A DNA stretch of 64,000 nt from positions 17,389 through 81,388 of the forward strand of contig CACWLK010000012.1 of the NCBI GenBank assembly GCA_902761715.1, read 5' to 3'. How positions within the stretch are numbered: the stretch's first letter is position 1; every line of letters starts with the position of its first letter. The translations under genes and the position numbers were made by a program. The notes beneath the pieces are model-generated. The model saw only the letters and a program-made list of their open reading frames with translations. It ran no database searches and was not told the origin of the DNA. The stretch comes from an uncultured Rhodospirillales bacterium (lineage in GTDB: Bacteria > Pseudomonadota > Alphaproteobacteria > RF32 > CAG-239). Positions 51,779 to 61,073 of the stretch are shown here, piece after piece.

Positions 51779-52561
51779 ATGGACGATATAATTAAACCAG
51801 ATGACTACTCTCTAGCTTCATATTATGTAGAAGCTTGCTTTGATAATACCATATTATCAAATGCATCGTGTTTTTTTTATGTATACAATCAGCAAATATT
51901 TTTGGTAACAAATTGGCATGTTGTTAGTGGAAGAGATTCAAATACACTAGAATGCCTCTCCAAAACAGGAGGAATCCCAAATAATTTAAAGGTATATGTA
52001 TTTGAAAAAACTAACAGTGAGGTATTTTATCCGGGGAAAGTTTGGAAGGTTCCTTTATTTAAGAATGATACTCCTCTATGGATTGAAAATACAAATAATG
52101 ATAATAATAGTAAAGTAGATGTAGTTGTTATTCCCGTTACAGTACCACAGGAAGTGAAAGTTTTTCCAATAAATACCCTAGAAGAACCGTTTAATGAAAG
52201 TACGTCTGTATGTGTAAAAGATGAGGTTTTTGTAATAGGATTCCCATTTGGAATTAAATGTTGTGATCTTCCTATTTGGAAACGTGCCAGCATTGCATCA
52301 GAGCCTTTGGTAAATATAAATGATAAACCAATTTTGTACGTGGATACAACTACAAAACCAGGAATGTCAGGTTCTCCTGTCGTTTATAAAGAGCGGCGCA
52401 GTGTTGCTCTTGGTGGAAAAAATGGTTTTAGCCGATTTTTTACGAAATTTATAGGGGTATATTCAGGAAGGGTATATGCAGAAAATATATATGAAGCTCA
52501 GCTAGGAATTGTATGGAAAGCCTCTGTTATAGATGAGTTAATAAAATCAAAATTTTCTTAG
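51779..52561 (+). CDS. Trypsin-like serine protease (no signal peptide)
   Basis: VTNWHVV, D, GFP, PGMSGSPV. Confidence 0.8.
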   Translation: MDDIIKPDDYSLASYYVEACFDNTILSNASCFFYVYNQQIFLVTNWHVVSGRDSNTLECLSKTGGIPNNLKVYVFEKTNSEVFYPGKVWKVPLFKNDTPLWIENTNNDNNSKVDVVVIPVTVPQEVKVFPINTLEEPFNESTSVCVKDEVFVIGFPFGIKCCDLPIWKRASIASEPLVNINDKPILYVDTTTKPGMSGSPVVYKERRSVALGGKNGFSRFFTKFIGVYSGRVYAENIYEAQLGIVWKASVIDELIKSKFS

Positions 52562-52575
52562 TTTCTATGGTATTA

Positions 52576-53739
52576 TTATTTTCCAATTTTAACAATTCCT
52601 GGACCGAATTTGTTTTCTAACTGGTCAATAACCCGGGAGAGTTTGTCATCTTCCGGCTCTAAATTATCAAACAGCGAGAACTGTTGTTTTTTGCCGATAG
52701 TAAGGTCCATCAAGGTGATTCCTGTTGCCCGGTAAGTCGTACCGCGGTGGTACAGCTGATCTAACAACTTATGCGCCGCATCTCGCAAAGTCTTTTCGGA
52801 GTTCGTTGGCTTTTCAAGTTTTGTTTCTAATTGATAAACAGCAAATTCCTTTGTCCGGACCATAACCGCAATAGTTGAACAATATCCGTTCCATAGCCGG
52901 AGCTTTTTAGAAGCATTGTGTATATGTCCGGACAGTGTGGAATGCAGGTAATCTATATCTTTTGAAAATTCTGCAAACGCGCTGGTGTCCTGAATAGATT
53001 GCGGTGGTTCAGGTTTTGGATTTACCGGTGAGACCGTTTCTCCCAGGAGTTCGTGTTTCAGAGTAACACCATTCACACCAAAGCCTTTTCTCAGCCAGCT
53101 GTCCGGCTTTGAAACATATTCTCGAATGGTGCTGATGTCATTATATAATAAGTGTTTAGAGTTCTGCCGGCCAACGCCACATACGGAATCGATCGGATCA
53201 TCGCCGACTTTTTCAAGGATCTTATCTACTTCCGGCCGGATCACATAAATACCACCGCATTTTTTTGCTTTATCACTAGCCAACTTTGCTAGGGTCTTAG
53301 ACGAACACAGGCCGATTGATACCGGAATTCCTGTGCACTTCAGGACTTCATCTCTGATATTAGTAATGAATTGCGTGTAGGTTATCTTGTGCAATTTATT
53401 AAAACCGGTCACATCAGCGTAGGCTTCATCAACCGAAACAACCTCAACATCAGGAGTAAAATCCCGAATGTTGTCCATAACTTGTTGTGATATTTCGTGA
53501 TAAAGAGAGTGATGTGCAGGAATACAAATGGCATCAGGATGTTCAACCTTGGCCTTAAAATACGGTTCGCCCATCTTAACGCCGAGTGCTTTTGCCTCCT
53601 TTGACCGGGAAACAATGATGCCTTTGTCTCCACCACCTGTCATGACACAGACAGGCTTGCCCTGTAATTTTGGATCCTTGACCCGCTCACAGGACACGAA
53701 AAAACAATCACAATCTATCAAAGCTATAATCCGTTGCAT
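52576..53739 (-). CDS. dinB: Y-family DNA polymerase (DinB/UmuC-like)
   Basis: IDCDCFFVSCE, SVDEAY, SIG....K.LAKLAS; start set at MQRII. Confidence 0.88.
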   Translation of the reverse strand: MQRIIALIDCDCFFVSCERVKDPKLQGKPVCVMTGGGDKGIIVSRSKEAKALGVKMGEPYFKAKVEHPDAICIPAHHSLYHEISQQVMDNIRDFTPDVEVVSVDEAYADVTGFNKLHKITYTQFITNIRDEVLKCTGIPVSIGLCSSKTLAKLASDKAKKCGGIYVIRPEVDKILEKVGDDPIDSVCGVGRQNSKHLLYNDISTIREYVSKPDSWLRKGFGVNGVTLKHELLGETVSPVNPKPEPPQSIQDTSAFAEFSKDIDYLHSTLSGHIHNASKKLRLWNGYCSTIAVMVRTKEFAVYQLETKLEKPTNSEKTLRDAAHKLLDQLYHRGTTYRATGITLMDLTIGKKQQFSLFDNLEPEDDKLSRVIDQLENKFGPGIVKIGK

Positions 53740-53741
53740 AA

Positions 53742-53756
53742 GAACAAGAGTAGAAC
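53742..53756 (-). promoter_or_regulatory. Alphaproteobacterial LexA (SOS) box overlapping the -10 of dinB
   Basis: GTTC-TACTCTT-GTTC (GTTC-N7-GTTC); TTGACT-17-TACTCT promoter. Confidence 0.8.
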
Positions 53757-53867
53757 ATAAGGACGAAAAAGTCAATGTGTATATAAGGTTATGCTCGTAA
53801 AATATCGTTAAAAAAGTGAGTCTCTCCCTAAAATACCCATAGGGTTAGTATTTGTTTAAAAGCATTT

Positions 53868-54293
53868 TTATATAAAATGATCAGCTATTTCTTTTTCAAT
53901 CTCATTAAATACTTGATCAAGAGTCAAAGTCCTTTTATTTTTTGCATATTCATCTAGTTCAAATATTGTAAAACAGATTTTTTTCTTATTAAGTTTTTGA
54001 ATTTGTTTTTTAACCCATTTTAAATCGACGCCGGATTCAAAGTCAAAAGGTGTAATTATAAAAAGTTTATCGTTTTTAGAGGGATATTCCAGTATATCAT
54101 TGATTAATTTTTCTTCCCTTTCTCGTAAATTCATTTGCCCTGTTAAGTTAAATAATATAAATTTTGAATTATAAGTTTTTATTTCCTCTAAATTTTCTAT
54201 TTTAATAGCTTTTACATGGTGATTTGATTCTAAATCTCTTACCAAAACAGAGATATGATTGCTGTTTATGTAAAAAAATATGCGTTTACTCAT
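53868..54293 (-). CDS. Hypothetical protein, possibly degenerate resolvase-like fold
   Basis: AGGAG RBS before MSKRIFFY; the longer ORF start overlaps the WYL gene and was rejected. Confidence 0.55.
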   Translation of the reverse strand: MSKRIFFYINSNHISVLVRDLESNHHVKAIKIENLEEIKTYNSKFILFNLTGQMNLREREEKLINDILEYPSKNDKLFIITPFDFESGVDLKWVKKQIQKLNKKKICFTIFELDEYAKNKRTLTLDQVFNEIEKEIADHFI

Positions 54294-54334
54294 TACATTC
54301 TCCTTTATTGTAATCAATGTATAAAAGACAGCCC

Positions 54335-54349
54335 TGTCAAAATATGACG
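54335..54349. promoter_or_regulatory. Putative WYL/DriD box 1
   Basis: TGTCA-AAATA-TGACG in the divergent intergenic region. Confidence 0.6.
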
Positions 54350-54405
54350 TATTTAGCTTGTGTTTTTCAATAAAATTGTTTAGAGTAACAATGAAGAGGT
54401 GCAGC

Positions 54406-55368
54406 ATGTCATACGAAAAAACGGAAGAATTATTGGATTTAGCAATTTGGATGCAGTCGTCACGTGAAGGTGTCAGCTTGAGAGATATTATGAATCGTTT
54501 TAATGTATCTAAGCGAACAGCTGACCGAATGAGAGATTTAATTTTAGCACGTTTTCCCCAAACGATGGAAGCTGATTCAAATACACGAGAAAAGCGGTGG
54601 TATATTCCCCAAGGAACATTACGTGATATAATCCAATTTAGTGCTGATGAATTATCCTGCTTAGAAATTGCCAAAGATGCATTAGATAAAAGCCATTTGA
54701 ATGATAAGGCTGAAGAATTAAATAAAATTATATTGAAAATAAAGGCTTCCATTAAACCCGAGACCTTTCGACGTATCGAACCTGATGCCGAAGAATTGAT
54801 GCGTGCGGAAGGAATTGCTTGTCGCCCGGGGCCGAAAATAAATATTGCACCGGAAATTATAAAACCCTTACGAGAGGCTATTTTATCGTGTCATCAAATC
54901 TTTATTACATATTATAATAAAAACACAAAGAAAATCAGCAAAAATATTCTTAAGCCGTATGGTTTCTTATATGGTGATCGGAATCACTATTTGGTTGCGG
55001 CTCACGCTGATGGCTTTGCTAATTCTAAACCCCATAATTTTATTTTGTTAAACATTAAAGAAGTAAAAATTTTACCTGAAACTTTCATATATTCGCAGGA
55101 CTTCTCATTAAAAAGCTACGCAGAGCAGTCATTTGGTGCATTTCAAGAAGATCCTGTTGATGTGGAATGGATCTTTGATAAAGAGGTTGCGGAAGAAGCA
55201 TCGCATTATATTTTTCACCCGACACAAAAAATGATTAAAAATAAGAACGGAACGCTGACTGTAAAATTCAATGCCGGCGGGCTAATGGAAATGAATTGGC
55301 ATTTGTACACATGGGGAAATCATGTAAAAGTTATTAAACCGAAGAAAGGAAAGCAAAGTGGCAAATAA
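54406..55368 (+). CDS. DriD-like wHTH-WYL-WCX transcriptional regulator 1
   Basis: EK...LLDLA..M.....GVSL..I..RF.VSKRTA.RMRD...FPQ; RPGP; PYGFLYG.R.YLVA; HPTQ; WHLYTWG. Confidence 0.88.
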   Translation: MSYEKTEELLDLAIWMQSSREGVSLRDIMNRFNVSKRTADRMRDLILARFPQTMEADSNTREKRWYIPQGTLRDIIQFSADELSCLEIAKDALDKSHLNDKAEELNKIILKIKASIKPETFRRIEPDAEELMRAEGIACRPGPKINIAPEIIKPLREAILSCHQIFITYYNKNTKKISKNILKPYGFLYGDRNHYLVAAHADGFANSKPHNFILLNIKEVKILPETFIYSQDFSLKSYAEQSFGAFQEDPVDVEWIFDKEVAEEASHYIFHPTQKMIKNKNGTLTVKFNAGGLMEMNWHLYTWGNHVKVIKPKKGKQSGK

Positions 55369-56077
55369 AGAAGTAAATTTAAAATGGTCTAGAGCATACA
55401 AAATTGATGAGTTAGACAAGGCGTTTACTAAAGTAGATGAGCTTAAAGGAAAAGGTGGACTTTACCTATGGATTGAGGGCAATACAAGACCTCGTGTCAG
55501 TTATATCGGTGAAGCCGAAAATTTTGAAAGCCGTTTCAGAGAACATATTGAAAATGTTATCCATGGTCGTTACACTGCCGTCCCATTTCATTGTGAAGAT
55601 GATGATTTATTAAATTCATATTATGAATTATTAACTAACGAAAATTGCGAATATTATCATCCTCAAATTATAAATTTTTCTGAAGATTTGGATAGTAAAA
55701 TTACAATAATAAAAAAAGGGATTGATTTAAAAATTAAACATCTTAAAAATACTTGTTTTTTATTCGCTGAAATTTCAAAGGAAAATGCTGATAAACGAAA
55801 AGAAATTGAAGCTATTTTTATGCAAGCAATGCACAAAAAATATTTTGAAGAAATATATAAATACCACCAAAATACAAAATTAAAAGATCTCCATTGGAAA
55901 TGTTTCAGCAAATCAAATACCAACTTTTGGGGAACTATTAGCTCATATCCCAAACACGATTATGTAATTACTAATGATTTTTCCGGTATAAATTCAGATC
56001 TTCACAAGAATGAATTAGAAAAAGTATTTAGCGAAACACGTAGTTGGGATAAAAATAAACGCTGGCCTATTAAATAG
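55358..56077 (+). CDS. GIY-YIG-like nuclease
   Basis: GGLYLW...SYIGEAENFESRFREH and a later conserved E; coupled to the WYL gene. Confidence 0.6.
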   Translation: MANKEVNLKWSRAYKIDELDKAFTKVDELKGKGGLYLWIEGNTRPRVSYIGEAENFESRFREHIENVIHGRYTAVPFHCEDDDLLNSYYELLTNENCEYYHPQIINFSEDLDSKITIIKKGIDLKIKHLKNTCFLFAEISKENADKRKEIEAIFMQAMHKKYFEEIYKYHQNTKLKDLHWKCFSKSNTNFWGTISSYPKHDYVITNDFSGINSDLHKNELEKVFSETRSWDKNKRWPIK

Positions 56078-57065
56078 TATCATCATATTTTCGGACCGGT
56101 ATTTTATCTAAAACAAAGGCACAATCTTCATAGTAAAAGTGGCGTTTCCAAAAACTTTCCCCATGAGCATTTTTAAGGCACTCTATATCTATTCGGTGCT
56201 TATAGTATTCTATTTCTTCTTGCCAGCGAATGACATTTACTTTATCTTCTGATTTGATTCCTGTTTCCTCAGGCGGCGTGTTTTCTAAGCTCCAAATTTT
56301 ACGATAAAGCGTTAAAACGACATCTGAAATATCAAATAACATCTTATCGTTATCCCGCTTCCACAATTCATCTATCTTTAACGGCAGATCCGTATGTGAT
56401 AACCCTAAAGATGCACTGATTAATATTGCACAATTATTTTTTTGAGCAAAAACCTTTAGATTATTTATTAAGTCGGCACTATAAGATAATATATTTGGCT
56501 TCACGTCCAAAAAAATAATTTCCGGCATGTACTTTTTATATAATTTTTCAATAGTATCATTCTCAAAACGATATACTGTTTCAAAAAATAAAGGAATGTC
56601 CGCTAATTCAAAATTTAACTTTTCCAATGAGGCTTTTAATCTGGGTAATGTCCAATTTTCTATATTTTGCTCAGTTAAATAAAGAACAGTTGTTTTTTGT
56701 TGAGCTATATAATATGCAGAACTGAGCAAAAATGCTGTCATTCCCATCAACGGCGTGCTCCAAATTGAAATAATATTGCTTTTATAGTATCCACCGGACA
56801 ATGGCTTGTTTAAGGATTTGAAACCTGTTGTAATTGTTTTTTCCTGATTTCGTTTATCTTCTGTAAGCACCGACAATGCAGAAGCATTTTGATAACTATC
56901 TAGTTGTCTCAATAGAGAATTAGCTTTTTTTAACTGCGAATCTATATCTGACAAAACACTTTCAGGCTCAACTTTTTGTATTTTTTTTGAAGATTCCTCA
57001 ATTGAAGTAATAATTGGTTGGAAATCATTTATGAATGCTTTGATAATTTCTTTTGCATCTAACAT
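56070..57065 (-). CDS. Degenerate DnaB C-terminal-like protein
   Basis: ITTGFKSLNKPLSGG; Walker A altered to STPLMGMT; SDVVLTLYR, KNAHGE. Confidence 0.65.
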   Translation of the reverse strand: MLDAKEIIKAFINDFQPIITSIEESSKKIQKVEPESVLSDIDSQLKKANSLLRQLDSYQNASALSVLTEDKRNQEKTITTGFKSLNKPLSGGYYKSNIISIWSTPLMGMTAFLLSSAYYIAQQKTTVLYLTEQNIENWTLPRLKASLEKLNFELADIPLFFETVYRFENDTIEKLYKKYMPEIIFLDVKPNILSYSADLINNLKVFAQKNNCAILISASLGLSHTDLPLKIDELWKRDNDKMLFDISDVVLTLYRKIWSLENTPPEETGIKSEDKVNVIRWQEEIEYYKHRIDIECLKNAHGESFWKRHFYYEDCAFVLDKIPVRKYDDTI

Positions 57066-57120
57066 TATATTCTCCTGTTTTTCGGCTCATTGTATGATAC
57101 CATTTTATAATATGCAACTG

Positions 57121-57135
57121 CGCCAAAATTTGACA
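57121..57135. promoter_or_regulatory. Putative WYL/DriD box 2
   Basis: CGCCA-AAATT-TGACA, 3 bp upstream of a minus-strand TTGCAT-17-TACAAT promoter. Confidence 0.6.
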
Positions 57136-57446
57136 GAGTTGTTTATAATCTATCTTAAATTTGACCCTTGAAGTATTCATTATTTTGCGGTCGATTAGAT
57201 TTATATTTATAAATTAGGATAATTCTTTTTTTTTGAGCATTTCCTGATAAATTAATGGCTTATCTACTTGGTTCGCAACTTTTCTGTGGGTGTTCGCTTG
57301 GGATGAGAGAACGAGCCCACGACTAAAAAAATTCATATTTTTTTATAAAAACGCCTTGTGTTTTCGGCTTTTTGGGGCTATAATTAACTCATGAAATAAA
57401 AAGTTGGACACTACGGTATCAGATGTCGTAGGTTTGGAAGTAGTGG

Positions 57447-57545
57447 CCGACCAAATAAAAAAGTCCCGTTTATCGGGACTTTTTTGTGTTTAATACGAGA
57501 TTATCATGTTTAATTTAGTTGAAAATCTAGTGCTTGAGAGATGAT
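57447..57545 (+). repeat. 99-bp direct repeat, right boundary (attR-like)
   Basis: Identical to 10505..10603; contains the 3' end of the DUF262 gene. Confidence 0.9.
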
Positions 57546-59543
57546 CTGTGGTGTCAAATGAATACCTGTCGTACCAGTTCCCCATCGACCTTTGTCTGCG
57601 ATGTTCTCACATAGTCCCTTTGGGTCATTTATTTTATCATAATCTAAAGATATATTTAAGAATAGTGCAGACTTTTGAGGAATAACATCAACAAAATTTG
57701 TTTCTGCTTTATACGCTATGTACAATTTCTTAAATTCCTTTTTAATACATGCATCGAGATTCATAATCTTTTTATCAAGTTCCTCGTAAATCCGCAAAGT
57801 TTCATCTGAAAAGCTATCAGAATAATGCTCAAATGTGTAATGTGTTCGTTTTTTTGATGGCTCCTCTGTATATTTTTGAATAACTTCATTACTTACAGTA
57901 GGAAACTGCCAAATTTTAAGGGCATAATTAGATAAAATTTTGGCTCTTTCTATGATTTTGTCTTTATTCCACTCTGTTTGATTGCGAATATACGAATTTA
58001 ATCTAAGCCCCGTATCCGTAAATCCACCTTTCATTTTTAATTTTTCAGAAAATGGTCTATCGCTCATTTCTGAGTTGTAGGCAGTAAGTGTTAGATTACC
58101 TATTGTATGTAAGTATTGAGTATGAATTGTCTGCCAATCATCACCCAGTGCTTCCTTCCACCCATTCCTTAAATTTTCGTTTTCAGGCATTACGTGTTCA
58201 ATTGTAAATGAGCCGAGATCAAGTTTTTCCTTGTTGTCATACTTCTCAAGCTTACCAAGTATATACTGGCGAATGCGCATATGGTATATATCTTTTTCAA
58301 CAAAGCGTTGTGCAAACTCCTCATCTTTAGGAAATTCTTTATAAGAATCAAGTAAAGTGTAGTTAGCACATATTGAATTCACGTAGTCATTTTGGCGGAT
58401 TTTATTCTTCATGACAGCAAATGTTTTGTTCAGCGAGTTTGTTGGAATTTCACAAATAGCTCTTCTAAATACGTAACTTTCCGTCAGCCGTAGTATTTGT
58501 ATAAATTCTTCCCGAGTTATCTTATTGTTTTCGTAGTCATTGTATATATACATTAAAAATGGATATGCTACTTCCATACGCAATAATCTGATGTCAGAAA
58601 AAATTTCATTAAGTTCTGTATCATTCGACTTTGAAAATAAAATGTTTGTATAGCATTTTGCATAGCTATAAATATCGGTGCAAAGCTCTTGGTTTGATGT
58701 ATTCAAACCTTGGTGGTATTTTTTGAATTCATCATAAACATTTCCCTCCTTCGGAATTCTAGAAATTTTCATTGTAATGTAATCTCTGAAAAAGCCGTCC
58801 ATTAATTCAGATTGCTTATTATAATTAAACAGCCTTTCCGTTGGCAACCACACGTTTTTATACAATTCAGTTTGTTCAAGATTGCTTAATCCCATCAATA
58901 TGTAATTTCGAATTAAATCCGATTGGGATAAGTCCATTCCGGTAGAATTAAGGCTCTCAAAAATAGATTGAGGATCATCTACAGAAGGGTCTAATGTTAC
59001 ATCAACAATTTGCAGTTTTGCAATTGCCTGTTCTATTTCATCTTGTGATAATCCAGATGAACTTATTTGCGTCAAGAAGTAGTGATATGCATCAAGGATA
59101 CGAGAATTTTTGACATCTTCTGTAGGTGAATTTTCAATCAATTTTATCAGGACATCTTTGTCACTGTATGTAAGAATAAGTTTATATAGATCACTTTCTT
59201 TGTCAGTGTCGTTTTTTAGAAATTTACGCGTTATAGCTGTATTGATTCCTTTTGATGATAAGTAATCACGCAGGGCAATTAACAATATTGTCAGCGTAGT
59301 CAAGCGTTGTTGACCATCAATAACCAAACTTTTTGATGTTCCTGAAATTGGTGCACTTTCTATTACGCTTACAATAGACCCGATGAAATGACCGTTTTTA
59401 CTGTTTTTTTCTAAGAAAACGATGTCATTCCACAACCTTCGGCACTGCTCTTCTTTCCAACTGTACGTACGCTGATATAAAGGAACAATAAATTGTTTCT
59501 CGCCATTAAAAATTTTTAATACATTTCCGTCTATCGCTCTCAT
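57510..59543 (-). CDS. GmrSD-type modification-dependent restriction endonuclease (DUF262+DUF1524, C-terminal DUF5655-like)
   Basis: PLYQRTYSW, IDGQQRLTT, IFESLN, TIEHVMP, IGNLTL..YNS. Confidence 0.88.
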   Translation of the reverse strand: MRAIDGNVLKIFNGEKQFIVPLYQRTYSWKEEQCRRLWNDIVFLEKNSKNGHFIGSIVSVIESAPISGTSKSLVIDGQQRLTTLTILLIALRDYLSSKGINTAITRKFLKNDTDKESDLYKLILTYSDKDVLIKLIENSPTEDVKNSRILDAYHYFLTQISSSGLSQDEIEQAIAKLQIVDVTLDPSVDDPQSIFESLNSTGMDLSQSDLIRNYILMGLSNLEQTELYKNVWLPTERLFNYNKQSELMDGFFRDYITMKISRIPKEGNVYDEFKKYHQGLNTSNQELCTDIYSYAKCYTNILFSKSNDTELNEIFSDIRLLRMEVAYPFLMYIYNDYENNKITREEFIQILRLTESYVFRRAICEIPTNSLNKTFAVMKNKIRQNDYVNSICANYTLLDSYKEFPKDEEFAQRFVEKDIYHMRIRQYILGKLEKYDNKEKLDLGSFTIEHVMPENENLRNGWKEALGDDWQTIHTQYLHTIGNLTLTAYNSEMSDRPFSEKLKMKGGFTDTGLRLNSYIRNQTEWNKDKIIERAKILSNYALKIWQFPTVSNEVIQKYTEEPSKKRTHYTFEHYSDSFSDETLRIYEELDKKIMNLDACIKKEFKKLYIAYKAETNFVDVIPQKSALFLNISLDYDKINDPKGLCENIADKGRWGTGTTGIHLTPQIISQALDFQLN

Positions 59544-59613
59544 AAATACCTCACTTTAAATGTGTTTATTTGTTTTTTACTGCACCCATTATTAAAATAT
59601 CGTTACAATCTAC

Positions 59614-60615
59614 CTAGTATTCATCGTGCAAGTTTTCGAACACTCCGGTGCTGGGGTCAAAAGAAACTCTCACTATTCCGGAATATCCGTCACTGTTTTG
59701 GGCGACTATAATCTCACATAAGTATTTTGTTTCTTTGCACTGTTTTTCCCAGCTTGCGTAGCGTTTTTCAAATTTCTCCGAGCTTTCATTGCGGCGTGGA
59801 CGAGGCTCGTTATTAATCAAGTAATAACTTTCACGATATATGAGCAGAACCTTATTAGCAAATGCGGGAGGACGACTTTCAAAACCTCGAATATCGCATA
59901 ACATGGGGCGCTTATCTGCCCTACTTTCAAGATTGCGGTTCAGCTGGGCAAGAACGATAATCGGAATTTCGAATCTGGTTGCCAGTTCTTTAATCTGACA
60001 CATAACGTCATCACAAGGTCCATCAAGACTTGGGGTAATTAGTTGTAAGTAATCAATAAATAACGCTCCAATCTGATGTTCCCGCCGGATATTTTGCAGT
60101 TCGTCTGCGATATCATCAATGTTATAAATGTTATCATAGTAATAAAGTGGCAATTTTTCCAAAGTATATTCGGTTGTAACTATGCGATCATAATTTTCGC
60201 GTATGTAAGAACCTTGCATTTGATATACAGGTATTGAGGCTTCCATACTGACTAGGCGCTCTGCAAACTTTTTGGAAGAATATTCGAGCCCTATATATAC
60301 CACACATTTATTATCATCGGGATTTTGCTGATGTTGAGCAGAAAAATCTGTTGCTATGTTACGAGCCATATTGATAGCAAGGGAAGTTTTACCCATTGCC
60401 GGACGCCCACCAATAAGCACAACATCGCCGGGACACAAACCATCAAGTTTGGTATCAAGAGCGGTTAAACCAGTCGATATGCCACGCAGTTTATCAGGAT
60501 TTTGGTATTTGAATGCCAAATCTATATCATAATTTTGAAGTATATGGGCAATATGGTTGTTATGAAAACTTTTATTGTTCTGTTGCTTTTGCTCATCGTT
60601 ATACTTTATAGCCAT
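59614..60615 (-). CDS. DnaB-like helicase C-terminal domain protein lacking the N-terminal domain
   Basis: GISTGL..LD, GRPAMGKTS, IDYLQL, LAQLNR.LESRADKRP; start at MAIKY. Confidence 0.8.
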   Translation of the reverse strand: MAIKYNDEQKQQNNKSFHNNHIAHILQNYDIDLAFKYQNPDKLRGISTGLTALDTKLDGLCPGDVVLIGGRPAMGKTSLAINMARNIATDFSAQHQQNPDDNKCVVYIGLEYSSKKFAERLVSMEASIPVYQMQGSYIRENYDRIVTTEYTLEKLPLYYYDNIYNIDDIADELQNIRREHQIGALFIDYLQLITPSLDGPCDDVMCQIKELATRFEIPIIVLAQLNRNLESRADKRPMLCDIRGFESRPPAFANKVLLIYRESYYLINNEPRPRRNESSEKFEKRYASWEKQCKETKYLCEIIVAQNSDGYSGIVRVSFDPSTGVFENLHDEY

Positions 60616-60663
60616 TTTACACCCTTTCAAATTATTCGCACGTACAAGAAAAGCCTCTTTCAT

Positions 60664-61002
60664 TTATTGATGGGTCTCAAAATACATTATAACAGGTATC
60701 AAAATTGCAAAAAATATTAGTCCGGTGAAGATGATAAAATCCATAAACTTTGGCATTATTTTATCAAGTATTCTGTTTTCTAAAAGGTCTTTGGGCAAAA
60801 CTCCGGCCAACTGTAAAAAACATAGACCGCCGGAACCTGTAAAGGTCGTAAAGACGGCTCGTTGTACTCCTACCAGTCCAAGTTCACCTGATAAGGTGTA
60901 ACAAACCCAATAACAAAGGAATACACAAAAAATTTGAATAATTTTCCAACCTATCCAGCGCATAAATGCTAGCCAGTTTATTTCTCGCAAATCTTGCAAC
61001 AT
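60664..61002 (-). CDS. Small membrane protein (about 3 TM)
   Basis: Hydrophobic, GAGGTG RBS, first gene after box 3. Confidence 0.65.
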   Translation of the reverse strand: MLQDLREINWLAFMRWIGWKIIQIFCVFLCYWVCYTLSGELGLVGVQRAVFTTFTGSGGLCFLQLAGVLPKDLLENRILDKIMPKFMDFIIFTGLIFFAILIPVIMYFETHQ

Positions 61003-61073
61003 CTTTCACCTCACTTTGTTTTTTATATCTTACAAGTGGTGTTTTTATCATGCAAGAGCAGAAAATTTAGTTT

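Larger units (their letters stand above)
10505..57545 (+). mobile_element. Lambda-like siphovirus prophage with large serine recombinase and ~15 kb cargo
   Basis: Complete terminase-portal-protease-capsid-tail-lysis gene order; direct-repeat bounded; adjacent to tRNA. Confidence 0.88.

Noticed and set aside
54294-54752. 294-aa minus-strand ORF as called by the track
   Set aside because: Its 5' half is the antisense shadow of the WYL gene; the RBS supports a start at 54293.
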